Source: Eledone cirrhosa (lineage: Eukaryota). From it: DNA of 64,000 nucleotides. The position numbers were made by a program, and so were the translations under genes. This document shows positions 1 to 15,000 of this stretch, one piece after another. The stretch lies in contig OZ024751.1 in NCBI GenBank assembly GCA_964016885.1, positions 46,004,001 through 46,068,000 of the forward strand. Reading direction: 5' to 3'. The number at the start of each line of letters is the position of its first letter. Within the stretch, counting starts at the first letter, position 1. The notes beneath the pieces are model-generated. The model was not told the DNA's origin, searched no databases, and saw only the letters and a program-made list of their open reading frames with translations.

Positions 1-3000
1 CCTCTATGAAAATACAACTAACTGTAGGGTGTGTATGGAGTCCTCTATGACAATACAACTAACTGTAGGCTTTGTATGGAGTCCTCTATGGCAATACAAC
101 TAACTGTAGGCTGTGTATGGAGTCCTCTATGACAATACAACTAACTGTAGGGTGTGTATGGAGTCCTCTATGACAATACAACTAACTGTAGGCTGTGTAT
201 GGAATCCTCTATGACAATACAACTAACTGTAGGTTGTGTATGGAGTCCTCTATGACAATACAACTAACTGTAGGGTGTGTATGGAGTCCTCTATGACAAT
301 ACAACTAACTGTAGGGTGTGTATGGAGTCCACTATGACAATACAACTAACTGTACGCTGTGTATGGAGTCCTCTATGAAAATACAACTATCTGTAGGGTG
401 TGTATGGAGTCCTCTATGAGAATACAACTAACTGTAGGGTGTGTATGGAGTCCTCTATGGCAATACAACTAACTGTAGACTGTGTATGGAGTCCTCTATG
501 ACAATACAACTAACTGTAGGTTGTGTATGGAGTCCTCTATGACAATACAACTAACTGTAGGTTGTGTATGGAGTCCTCTATGACAATACAACTAACTGTA
601 GGTTGTGTATGGAGTCGTCTATGACAATACAACTAACTGTAGGCTGTGTATGGAGTCCTCTATGAAAATACAACTAACTGAAGACTGTGTATGGAGTCCT
701 CTATGACAATACAACTAACTGTAGGGTGTGTATGGAGTCATCTATGACAATACAACTAACTGTAGACTGTGTATGGAGTCCTCTATGACAATACACCTAA
801 CTGTAGGGTGTGTATGGAGTCCTCCATGACAATACAAGTAACTGTAGGCTGTGTATGGAGTCCTCTATGACAATACAACTAACTGTAGACTGTGTATGGA
901 GTCCTCTATGACAATACAAGTAACTGTAGGCTGTGTATGGAGTCCTCTATGACAATACAACAAACTGTAGGCTGTGTATGGAGTCCTCTATGAAAATACA
1001 ACTAACTGTAGGGTGTGTATGGAGTCCTCTATGGCAATACAACTAACTGTAGGCTGTGTATTGAGTCCTCTATGACGATAGAACTAACTGTAGGGTGTGT
1101 ATGGAGTCCTCTATGACAATACAACTAACTGTAGGCTGTGTATGGAGTCCTCTATGACAATACAACTAACTGTAGGGTGTGTATGGAGTCCTCTATGACA
1201 ATACAACTAACTGTAGGGTGTGTATGGAGTCCTCTATGACAATACAACAAACTGTAGGCTGTGTATGGAGTCCTCTATGACAATACAACTAACTGTAGGG
1301 TGTGTATGGAGTCCTCTATGACAATACAACTAACTGTAGGGTGTGTATGGAGTCCTCTATGAGAATACAACTAACTGTAGGCTGTGTATGGAGTCCTCTA
1401 TGACAATACAACTAACTGTAGACTGTGTATGGAGTCCTCTATGGCAATACAACTAACTGTAGGCTGTGTATGGAGTCCTCTATGACAATACAACTAACTG
1501 TAGACTGTGTATGGAGTCCTCTATGACAATACAACTAACTGTAGGGTGTGTATGGAGTCCTCTATGACAATACAACAAACTGTAGGCTGTGTATGGAGTC
1601 CTCTATGACAATACAACAAACTGTAGGCTGTGTATGGAGTACTCTATGAAAATACAACTAACTGTAGGGTGTGTATGGAGTCCTCTATGACAATACAACT
1701 AACTGTAGGCTGTGTATGGAATCCTCTATGGCAATATAACTAACTGTAGGGTGTGTATGGAGTCCTCTATGACAATACAACTAACTGTAGGGTGTGTATG
1801 GAGTCCTCTATGACAATACAACTAACTGTAGGGTGTATATGGAGTCCTCTATGACAATACAACTAACTGTACGCTGTGTATGGAGTCCTCTATGAAAATA
1901 CAACTAACTGTAGGGTGTGTATGGAGTCCTCTATGACAATACAACTAACTGCAGGCTGTGTATGGAGTCATCTATGACAATACACCTAACTGTAGGGTGT
2001 GTATGGAATCCTCTATGGCAATACAACTAACTGTAGACTGTGTATGGAGTCCTCTATGACAATACAACTAACTGTAGGCTGTGTATGGAGTCCTCTATGA
2101 CAATACAACTAACTGTACGCTGTGTATGGAGTCCTCTATGAGAATACAACTAACTGTAGGGTGTGTATGGAGTCCTCTATGGCAATACAACTAACTGTAG
2201 ACTGTGTATGGAGTCCTCTATGACAATACAACTAACTGTAGGTTGTGTATGGAGTCCTCTATGACAATACAACTAACTGTAGGTTGTGTATGGAGTCCTC
2301 TATGACAATACAACTAACTGTAGGTTGTGTATGGAGTCCTCTATGACAATACAACTAACTGTAGGCTGTGTATGGAGTCCTCTATGAAAATACAACTAAC
2401 TGTAGACTGTGTATGGAGTCCTCTATGACAATACAACTAACTGTAGGGTGTGTATGGAGTCATCTATGACAATACAACTAACTGTAGACTGTGTATGGAG
2501 TCCTCTATGACAATACACCTAACTGTAGGGTGTGTATGGAGTCCTCCATGACAATACAACTAACTGTAGGCTGTGTATGGAGTCCTCTATGACAATACAA
2601 CTAACTGTAGACTGTGTATGGAGTCCTCTATGACAATACAAGTAACTGTAGGCTGTGTATGGAGTCCTCTATGACAATACAACAAACTGTAGGCTGTGTA
2701 TGGAGTCCTCTATGAAAATACAACTAACTGTAGGGTGTGTATGGAGTCCTCTATGGCAATACAACTAACTGTAGGCTGTGTATTGAGTCCTCTATGACGA
2801 TAGAACTAACTGTAGGGTGTGTATGGAGTCCTCTATGAAAATACAACTAACTGTAGGGTGTGTATGGAGTCCTCTATGACAATACAACTAACTGTAGGGT
2901 GTGTATGGAGTCCTCTATGACAATACAACTAACTGTAGGGTCTGTATGGAGTCCTCTATGACAATACAACTAACTGTAGGGTGTGTATGGAGTCCTCTAT

Positions 3001-6000
3001 GACAATACAACTAACTGTAGGCTGTGTATGGAGTCCTCTATGACAATACAACTAACTGTAGGGTGTGTATGGAGTCCTCTATGACAATACAACTAACTGT
3101 AGGGTGTGTATGGAGTCCTCTATGACAATACAACTAACTGTAGGGTGTGTATGGAGTCCTCTATGAAAATACAACTAACTGTAGGGTGTGTATGGAGTCC
3201 TCTATGACAATACAACTAACTGTAGGTTGTGTATGGAGTCCTCTATGACAATACAACTAACTGTAGGGTGTGTATGGAGTCCTCTATGACAATACAACTA
3301 ACTGTAGGGTGTGTATGGAGTCCTCTATGACAATACAACTAACTGTAGGGTGTGTATGGAGTCCTCTATGACAATACAACTAACTGTAGGGTGTGTATGG
3401 AGTCCTCTATGACAATACAACTAACTGTAGGCTGTGTATGGAGTCCTCTATGACAATACAACAAACTGTAGGCTGTGTATGGAGTCCTCTATGACAATAC
3501 AACTAACTGTAGGCTGTGTATGGAGTCCTCTATGACAATACAACTAACTGTAGGCTGTGTATGGAGTCCTCTATGAAAATACAACTAACTGTAGGGTGTG
3601 TATGGAGTCCTCTATGACAATACAACTAACTGTAGGCTGTGTATGGAGTCCTCTATGACAATACAACTAACTGTAGACTGTGTATGGAGTCCTCTATGGC
3701 AATACAACTAACTGTAGGCTGTGTATGGAGTCCTCTATGACAATACAACTAACTGTAGACTGTGTATAGAGTCCTCTATGACAATACAACTAACTGTAGA
3801 CTGTGTATGGTGTCCTCTATGGCAATACAACTAACTGTAGGCTGTGTATGGAGTCCTCTATGACAATACAACAAACTGTAGGCTGTGTATGGAGTCCTCT
3901 ATGACAATACAACTAACTGTAGACTGTGTATGGAGTCCTCTATGGCAATACAACTAACTGTAGGCTGTGTATGGAGTCCTCTATGACAATACACCTAATT
4001 GTAGACTGTGTATGGAGTCCTCTATGACAATACAACTAACTGTAGGGTGTGTATGGAGTCCTCTATGACAATACAACTAACTGTAGGGTGTGTATGGAGT
4101 CCTCTATGACAATACAACTAACTGTAGACTGTGTATGGAGTCATCTATGGCAATACAACTAACTGTAGGCTGTGTATGGAGTCCTCTATGACAAAAAACC
4201 TAACTGTAGGCTGTGTATGGAGTCCTCTATGACAATACAGCTAACTGTAGGCTGTGTATGGAGTCCTCTATGACAATACAACTAACTGTAGGGTGTGTAT
4301 GGAGTCCTCTATGACAATACAACTAACTGTAGGGTGTGTATGGAGTCCTCTATGACAATACAACTAACTGTAGGGTGTGTATGGAGTCCTCTATGAAAAT
4401 ATAACTAACTGTAGGGTCTGTATGGAGTCCTCTATGACAATACAACTAACTGTAGGGTGTGTATGGAGTCCTGTATGACAATACAACTAACTGTAGGCTG
4501 TGTATGGAGTCCTCTATGAAAATACAACTACCTGTAGGGTCTGTATGGAGTCCTCTATGACAATACAACAAACTGTAGGCTGTGTGTGGAGTCCTCTATG
4601 ACAATACAACTAACTGTAGCGTGTGTATGGAGTCCTCTATGACAATACAACTAACTGTAGGCTTTGTATGGAGTCCTCTATGGCAATACAACTAACTGTA
4701 GGCTGTGTATGGAGTCCTCTATGACAATACAACTAACTGTAGGGTGTGTATGGAGTCCTCTATGACAATACAACTAACTGTAGGCTGTGTATGGAATCCT
4801 CTATGACAATACAACTAACTGTAGGTTGTGTATGGAGTCCTCTATGACAATACAACTAACTGTAGGGTGTGTATGGAGTCCTCTATGACAATACAACTAA
4901 CTGTAGGGTGTGTATGGAGTCCTCTATGACAATACAACTAACTGTAGGCTGTGTATGGAGTCCTCTATGACAATACAACTAACTGTAGACTGTGTATGGT
5001 GTCCTCTATGGCAATACAACTAACTGTAGGCTGTGTATGGAGTCCTCTATGACAATACAACTAACTGTAGACTGTGTATGGAGTCCTCTATGACAATACA
5101 ACTAACTGTAGGGTGTGTATGGAGTCCTCTATGACAATACAACTAACTGTAGGGTGTGTATGGAGTCCTCTATGAAAATACAACTAACTGTAGGGTGTGT
5201 ATGGAGTCCTCTATGACAATACAACTAACTGTACGCTGTGTATGGAGTCCTCTATGAAAATACAACTAACTGTAGGGTGTGTATGGAGTCCTCTATGACA
5301 ATACAACTAACTGTAGGGTGTGTATGGAGTCCTCTATGACAATACAACTAACTGTAGGCTGTGTCTGGAGTCCTCTATGACAATACAACTAACTGTAGCG
5401 TGTGTATGGAGTCCTCTATGACAATACAACTAACTGTAGGCTTTGTATGGAGTCCTCTCTGGCAATACAACTAACTGTAGGCTGTGTATGGAGTCCTCTA
5501 TGACAATACAACTAACTGTAGGGTGTGTATGGAGTCCTCTATGACAATACAACTAACTGTAGGGTGTGTATGGAGTCCTCTATGACAATACAACTAACTG
5601 TACGCTGTGTATGGAGTCCTCTATGAAAATACAACTAACTGTAGGGTGTGTATGGAGTCCTCTATGAGAATACAACTAACTGTAGGGTGTGTATGGAGTC
5701 CTCTATGGCAATACAACTAACTGTAGACTGTGTATGGAGTCCTCTATGACAATACAACTAACTGTAGGTTGTGTATGGAGTCCTCTATTACAATACAACT
5801 AACTGTAGGTTGTGTATGGAGTCCTCTATGACAATACAACTAAATGTAGGTTGTGTATGGAGTCCTCTATGACAATACAACTAACTGTAGTCTGTGTGTG
5901 GAGTCCTCTATGACAATACAACTAACTGTAGGGTCTGTATGGAGTCCTCTATGACAATACAACTAACTGTAGGGTGTGTATGGAGTCCTCTATGGCAATA

Positions 6001-9000
6001 CAACTAACTGTAGGCTGTGTATGGAGTCCTCTATGACAATACAAGTAACTGTAGGCTGTGTATGGAGTCCTCTATGACAATACAACTAACTGTAGGGTGT
6101 GTATGGAGTCCTCTATGACAATACAACTAACTGTAGGGTGTGTATGGAGTCCTCTATGACAATACACCTAACTGTAGGCTGTGTATGGAGTCCTCCATGA
6201 CAATACAACTAACTGTAGGCTGTGTATGGAGTCCTCTATGACAATACAACTAACTGTAGGCTTTGTATGGAGTCCTCTATGGCAATACAACTAACTGTAG
6301 GCTGTGTATGGAGTCCTCTATGACAATACAACTAACTGTAGGGTGTGTATGGAGTCCTCTATGACAATACAACTAACTGTACGCTGTGTATGGAGTCCTC
6401 TATGAAAATACAACTAACTGTAGGGTGTGTATGGAGTCCTCTATGACAATACAACTAACTGCAGGCTGTGTATGGAGTCATCTATGACAATACACCTAAC
6501 TGTAGGGTGTGTATGGAGTCCTCTATGGCAATACAACTAACTGTAGACTGTGTATGGAGTCCTCTATGACAATACAACTAACTGTAGGCTGTGTATGGAG
6601 TCCTCTATGACAATACAACTAACTGTACGCTGTGTATGGAGTCCTCTATGAGAATACAACTAACTGTAGGGTGTGTATGGAGTCCTCTATGGCAATACAA
6701 CTAACTGTAGACTGTGTATGGAGTCCTCTATGACAATACAACTAACTGTAGGTTGTGTATGGAGTCCTCTATGACAATACAACTAACTGTAGGTTGTGTA
6801 TGGAGTCCTCTATGACAATACAACTAACTGTAGGTTGTGTATGGAGTCCTCTATGACAATACAACTAACTGTAGGCTGTGTATGGAGTCCTCTATGAAAA
6901 TACAACTAACTGTAGACTGTGTATGGAGTCCTCTATGACAATACAACTAACTGTAGGGTGTGTATGGAGTCATCTATGACAATACAACTAACTGTAGACT
7001 GTGTATGGAGTCCTCTATGACAATACACCTAACTGTAGGGTGTGTATGGAGTCCTCCATGACAATACAACTAACTGTAGGCTGTGTATGGAGTCCTCTAT
7101 GACAATACAACTAACTGTAGACTGTGTATGGAGTCCTCTATGACAATACAAGTAACTGTAGGCTGTGTATGGAGTCCTCTATGACAATACAACAAACTGT
7201 AGGCTGTGTATGGAGTCCTCTATGAAAATACAACTAACTGTAGGGTGTGTATGGAGTCCTCTATGGCAATACAACTAACTGTAGGCTGTGTATTGAGTCC
7301 TCTATGACGATAGAACTAACTGTAGGGTGTGTATGGAGTCCTCTATGAAAATACAACTAACTGTAGGGTGTGTATGGAGTCCTCTATGACAATACAACTA
7401 ACTGTAGGGTGTGTATGGAGTCCTCTATGACAATACAACTAACTGTAGGGTCTGTATGGAGTCCTCTATGACAATACAACTAACTGTAGGGTGTGTATGG
7501 AGTCCTCTATGACAATACAACTAACTGTAGGCTGTGTATGGAGTCCTCTATGACAATACAACTAACTGTAGGGTGTGTATGGAGTCCTCTATGACAATAC
7601 AACTAACTGTAGGGTGTGTATGGAGTCCTCTATGACAATACAACTAACTGTAGGGTGTGTATGGAGTCCTCTATGAAAATACAACTAACTGTAGGGTGTG
7701 TATGGAGTCCTCTATGACAATACAACTAACTGTAGGCTGTGTATGGAGTCCTCTATGACAATACAACTAACTGTAGGGTGTGTATGGAGTCCTCTATGAC
7801 AATACAACTAACTGTAGGGTGTGTATGGAGTCCTCTATGACAATACAACTAACTGTAGGGTGTGTATGGAGTCCTCTATGACAATACAACTAACCGTAGG
7901 GTGTGTATGGAGTCCTCTATGACAATACAACTAACTGTAGGCTGTGTATGGAGTCCTCTATGACAATACAACAAACTGTAGGCTGTGTATGGAGTCCTCT
8001 ATGACAATACAACTAACTGTAGGCTGTGTATGGAGTCCTCTATGACAATACAACTAACTGTAGGCTGTGTATGGAGTCCTCTATGAAAATACAACTAACT
8101 GTAGGGTGTGTATGGAGTCCTCTATGACAATACAACTAACTGTAGGCTGTGTATGGAGTCCTCTATGACAATACAACTAACTGTAGACTGTGTATGGAGT
8201 CCTCTATGGCAATACAACTAACTGTAGGCTGTGTATGGAGTCCTCTATGACAATACAACTAACTGTAGACTGTGTATAGAGTCCTCTATGACAATACAAC
8301 TAACTGTAGACTGTGTATGGTGTCCTCTATGGCAATACAACTAACTGTAGGCTGTGTATGGAGTCCTCTATGACAATACAACAAACTGTAGGCTGTGTAT
8401 GGAGTCCTCTATGACAATACAACTAACTGTAGGGTCTGTATGGAGTCCTCTATGACAATACAACAAACTGTAGGCTGTGTATGGAGTCCTCTATGACAAT
8501 ACAACTAACTGTAGGGTGTGTATGGAGTCCTCTATGACAATACAACTAACTGTAGGGTGTGTATGGAGTCCTCTATGACAATACAACTAACTGTAGGCTG
8601 TGTATGGAGTCCTCTATGACAATACAACTAACTGTAGACTGTGTATGGAGTCCTCTATGGCAATACAACTAACTGTAGGCTGTGTATGGAGTCCTCTATG
8701 ACAATACACCTAATTGTAGACTGTGTATGGAGTCCTCTATGACAATACAACTAACTGTAGGGTGTGTATGGAGTCCTCTATGACAATACAACTAACTGTA
8801 GGGTGTGTATGGAGTCCTCTATGACAATACAACTAACTGTAGACTGTGTATGGAGTCATCTATGGCAATACAACTAACTGTAGGCTGTGTATGGAGTCCT
8901 CTATGACAAAAAACCTAACTGTAGGCTGTGTATGGAGTCCTCTATGACAATACAACTAACTGTAGGCTGTGTATGGAGTCCTCTATGACAATACAACTAA

Positions 9001-12000
9001 CTGTAGGGTGTGTATGGAGTCCTCTATGACAATACAACTAACTGTAGGGTGTGTATGGAGTCCTCTATGACAATACAACAAACTGTAGGCTGTGTATGGA
9101 GTCCTCTATGACAATACAACTAACTGTAGGGTGTGTATGGAGTCCTCTATGACAATACAACTAACTGTAGGGTGTGTATGGAGTCCTCTATGAGAATACA
9201 ACTAACTGTAGGCTGTGTATGGAGTCCTCTATGACAATACAACTAACTGTAGACTGTGTATGGAGTCCTCTATGGCAATACAACTAACTGTAGGCTGTGT
9301 ATGGAGTCCTCTATGACAATACAACTAACTGTAGACTGTGTATGGAGTCCTCTATGACAATACAACTAACTGTAGGGTGTGTATGGAGTCCTCTATGACA
9401 ATACAACAAACTGTAGGCTGTGTATGGAGTCCTCTATGACAATACAACAAACTGTAGGCTGTGTATGGAGTACTCTATGAAAATACAACTAACTGTAGGG
9501 TGTGTATGGAGTCCTCTATGACAATACAACTAACTGTAGGCTGTGTATGGAATCCTCTATGGCAATATAACTAACTGTAGGGTGTGTATGGAGTCCTCTA
9601 TGACAATACAACTAACTGTAGGGTGTGTATGGAGTCCTCTATGACAATACAACTAACTGTAGGGTGTATATGGAGTCCTCTATGACAATACAACTAACTG
9701 TACGCTGTGTATGGAGTCCTCTATGAAAATACAACTAACTGTAGGGTGTGTATGGAGTCCTCTATGACAATACAACTAACTGCAGGCTGTGTATGGAGTC
9801 ATCTATGACAATACACCTAACTGTAGGGTGTGTATGGAATCCTCTATGGCAATACAACTAACTGTAGACTGTGTATGGAGTCCTCTATGACAATACAACT
9901 AACTGTAGGCTGTGTATGGAGTCCTCTATGACAATACAACTAACTGTACGCTGTGTATGGAGTCCTCTATGAGAATACAACTAACTGTAGGGTGTGTATG
10001 GAGTCCTCTATGGCAATACAACTAACTGTAGACTGTGTATGGAGTCCTCTATGACAATACAACTAACTGTAGGTTGTGTATGGAGTCCTCTATGACAATA
10101 CAACTAACTGTAGGTTGTGTATGGAGTCCTCTATGACAATACAACTAACTGTAGGTTGTGTATGGAGTCCTCTATGACAATACAACTAACTGTAGGCTGT
10201 GTATGGAGTCCTCTATGAAAATACAACTAACTGTAGACTGTGTATGGAGTCCTCTATGACAATACAACTAACTGTAGGGTGTGTATGGAGTCATCTATGA
10301 CAATACAACTAACTGTAGACTGTGTATGGAGTCCTCTATGACAATACACCTAACTGTAGGGTGTGTATGGAGTCCTCCATGACAATACAACTAACTGTAG
10401 GCTGTGTATGGAGTCCTCTATGACAATACAACTAACTGTAGACTGTGTATGGAGTCCTCTATGACAATACAAGTAACTGTAGGCTGTGTATGGAGTCCTC
10501 TATGACAATACAACAAACTGTAGGCTGTGTATGGAGTCCTCTATGAAAATACAACTAACTGTAGGGTGTGTATGGAGTCCTCTATGGCAATACAACTAAC
10601 TGTAGGCTGTGTATTGAGTCCTCTATGACGATAGAACTAACTGTAGGGTGTGTATGGAGTCCTCTATGAAAATACAACTAACTGTAGGGTGTGTATGGAG
10701 TCCTCTATGACAATACAACTAACTGTAGGGTGTGTATGGAGTCCTCTATGACAATACAACTAACTGTAGGGTCTGTATGGAGTCCTCTATGACAATACAA
10801 CTAACTGTAGGGTGTGTATGGAGTCCTCTATGACAATACAACTAACTGTAGGCTGTGTATGGAGTCCTCTATGACAATACAACTAACTGTAGGGTGTGTA
10901 TGGAGTCCTCTATGACAATACAACTAACTGTAGGGTGTGTATGGAGTCCTCTATGACAATACAACTAACTGTAGGGTGTGTATGGAGTCCTCTATGAAAA
11001 TACAACTAACTGTAGGGTGTGTATGGAGTCCTCTATGACAATACAACTAACTGTAGGTTGTGTATGGAGTCCTCTATGACAATACAACTAACTGTAGGGT
11101 GTGTATGGAGTCCTCTATGACAATACAACTAACTGTAGGGTGTGTATGGAGTCCTCTATGACAATACAACTAACTGTAGGGTGTGTATGGAGTCCTCTAT
11201 GACAATACAACTAACTGTAGGGTGTGTATGGAGTCCTCTATGACAATACAACTAACTGTAGGCTGTGTATGGAGTCCTCTATGACAATACAACAAACTGT
11301 AGGCTGTGTATGGAGTCCTCTATGACAATACAACTAACTGTAGGCTGTGTATGGAGTCCTCTATGACAATACAACTAACTGTAGGCTGTGTATGGAGTCC
11401 TCTATGAAAATACAACTAACTGTAGGGTGTGTATGGAGTCCTCTATGACAATACAACTAACTGTAGGCTGTGTATGGAGTCCTCTATGACAATACAACTA
11501 ACTGTAGACTGTGTATGGAGTCCTCTATGGCAATACAACTAACTGTAGGCTGTGTATGGAGTCCTCTATGACAATACAACTAACTGTAGACTGTGTATAG
11601 AGTCCTCTATGACAATACAACTAACTGTAGACTGTGTATGGTGTCCTCTATGGCAATACAACTAACTGTAGGCTGTGTATGGAGTCCTCTATGACAATAC
11701 AACAAACTGTAGGCTGTGTATGGAGTCCTCTATGACAATACAACTAACTGTAGACTGTGTATGGAGTCCTCTATGGCAATACAACTAACTGTAGGCTGTG
11801 TATGGAGTCCTCTATGACAATACACCTAATTGTAGACTGTGTATGGAGTCCTCTATGACAATACAACTAACTGTAGGGTGTGTATGGAGTCCTCTATGAC
11901 AATACAACTAACTGTAGGGTGTGTATGGAGTCCTCTATGACAATACAACTAACTGTAGACTGTGTATGGAGTCATCTATGGCAATACAACTAACTGTAGG

Positions 12001-15000
12001 CTGTGTATGGAGTCCTCTATGACAAAAAACCTAACTGTAGGCTGTGTATGGAGTCCTCTATGACAATACAGCTAACTGTAGGCTGTGTATGGAGTCCTCT
12101 ATGACAATACAACTAACTGTAGGGTGTGTATGGAGTCCTCTATGACAATACAACTAACTGTAGGGTGTGTATGGAGTCCTCTATGACAATACAACTAACT
12201 GTAGGGTGTGTATGGAGTCCTCTATGAAAATATAACTAACTGTAGGGTCTGTATGGAGTCCTCTATGACAATACAACTAACTGTAGGGTGTGTATGGAGT
12301 CCTGTATGACAATACAACTAACTGTAGGCTGTGTATGGAGTCCTCTATGAAAATACAACTACCTGTAGGGTCTGTATGGAGTCCTCTATGACAATACAAC
12401 AAACTGTAGGCTGTGTGTGGAGTCCTCTATGACAATACAACTAACTGTAGCGTGTGTATGGAGTCCTCTATGACAATACAACTAACTGTAGGCTTTGTAT
12501 GGAGTCCTCTATGGCAATACAACTAACTGTAGGCTGTGTATGGAGTCCTCTATGACAATACAACTAACTGTAGGGTGTGTATGGAGTCCTCTATGACAAT
12601 ACAACTAACTGTAGGCTGTGTATGGAATCCTCTATGACAATACAACTAACTGTAGGTTGTGTATGGAGTCCTCTATGACAATACAACTAACTGTAGGGTG
12701 TGTATGGAGTCCTCTATGACAATACAACTAACTGTAGGGTGTGTATGGAGTCCTCTATGACAATACAACTAACTGTAGGCTGTGTATGGAGTCCTCTATG
12801 ACAATACAACTAACTGTAGACTGTGTATGGTGTCCTCTATGGCAATACAACTAACTGTAGGCTGTGTATGGAGTCCTCTATGACAATACAACTAACTGTA
12901 GACTGTGTATGGAGTCCTCTATGACAATACAACTAACTGTAGGGTGTGTATGGAGTCCTCTATGACAATACAACTAACTGTAGGGTGTGTATGGAGTCCT
13001 CTATGAAAATACAACTAACTGTAGGGTGTGTATGGAGTCCTCTATGACAATACAACTAACTGTACGCTGTGTATGGAGTCCTCTATGAAAATACAACTAA
13101 CTGTAGGGTGTGTATGGAGTCCTCTATGACAATACAACTAACTGTAGGGTGTGTATGGAGTCCTCTATGACAATACAACTAACTGTAGGCTGTGTCTGGA
13201 GTCCTCTATGACAATACAACTAACTGTAGCGTGTGTATGGAGTCCTCTATGACAATACAACTAACTGTAGGCTTTGTATGGAGTCCTCTCTGGCAATACA
13301 ACTAACTGTAGGCTGTGTATGGAGTCCTCTATGACAATACAACTAACTGTAGGGTGTGTATGGAGTCCTCTATGACAATACAACTAACTGTAGGGTGTGT
13401 ATGGAGTCCTCTATGACAATACAACTAACTGTACGCTGTGTATGGAGTCCTCTATGAAAATACAACTAACTGTAGGGTGTGTATGGAGTCCTCTATGAGA
13501 ATACAACTAACTGTAGGGTGTGTATGGAGTCCTCTATGGCAATACAACTAACTGTAGACTGTGTATGGAGTCCTCTATGACAATACAACTAACTGTAGGT
13601 TGTGTATGGAGTCCTCTATTACAATACAACTAACTGTAGGTTGTGTATGGAGTCCTCTATGACAATACAACTAAATGTAGGTTGTGTATGGAGTCCTCTA
13701 TGACAATACAACTAACTGTAGTCTGTGTGTGGAGTCCTCTATGACAATACAACTAACTGTAGGGTCTGTATGGAGTCCTCTATGACAATACAACTAACTG
13801 TAGGGTGTGTATGGAGTCCTCTATGGCAATACAACTAACTGTAGGCTGTGTATGGAGTCCTCTATGACAATACAAGTAACTGTAGGCTGTGTATGGAGTC
13901 CTCTATGACAATACAACTAACTGTAGGGTGTGTATGGAGTCCTCTATGACAATACAACTAACTGTAGGGTGTGTATGGAGTCCTCTATGACAATACACCT
14001 AACTGTAGGCTGTGTATGGAGTCCTCCATGACAATACAACTAACTGTAGGCTGTGTATGGAGTCCTCTATGACAATACAACTAACTGTAGGCTTTGTATG
14101 GAGTCCTCTATGGCAATACAACTAACTGTAGGCTGTGTATGGAGTCCTCTATGACAATACAACTAACTGTAGGGTGTGTATGGAGTCCTCTATGACAATA
14201 CAACTAACTGTACGCTGTGTATGGAGTCCTCTATGAAAATACAACTAACTGTAGGGTGTGTATGGAGTCCTCTATGACAATACAACTAACTGCAGGCTGT
14301 GTATGGAGTCATCTATGACAATACACCTAACTGTAGGGTGTGTATGGAGTCCTCTATGGCAATACAACTAACTGTAGACTGTGTATGGAGTCCTCTATGA
14401 CAATACAACTAACTGTAGGCTGTGTATGGAGTCCTCTATGACAATACAACTAACTGTACGCTGTGTATGGAGTCCTCTATGAGAATACAACTAACTGTAG
14501 GGTGTGTATGGAGTCCTCTATGGCAATACAACTAACTGTAGACTGTGTATGGAGTCCTCTATGACAATACAACTAACTGTAGGTTGTGTATGGAGTCCTC
14601 TATGACAATACAACTAACTGTAGGTTGTGTATGGAGTCCTCTATGACAATACAACTAACTGTAGGTTGTGTATGGAGTCCTCTATGACAATACAACTAAC
14701 TGTAGGCTGTGTATGGAGTCCTCTATGAAAATACAACTAACTGTAGACTGTGTATGGAGTCCTCTATGACAATACAACTAACTGTAGGGTGTGTATGGAG
14801 TCATCTATGACAATACAACTAACTGTAGACTGTGTATGGAGTCCTCTATGACAATACACCTAACTGTAGGGTGTGTATGGAGTCCTCCATGACAATACAA
14901 CTAACTGTAGGCTGTGTATGGAGTCCTCTATGACAATACAACTAACTGTAGACTGTGTATGGAGTCCTCTATGACAATACAAGTAACTGTAGGCTGTGTA

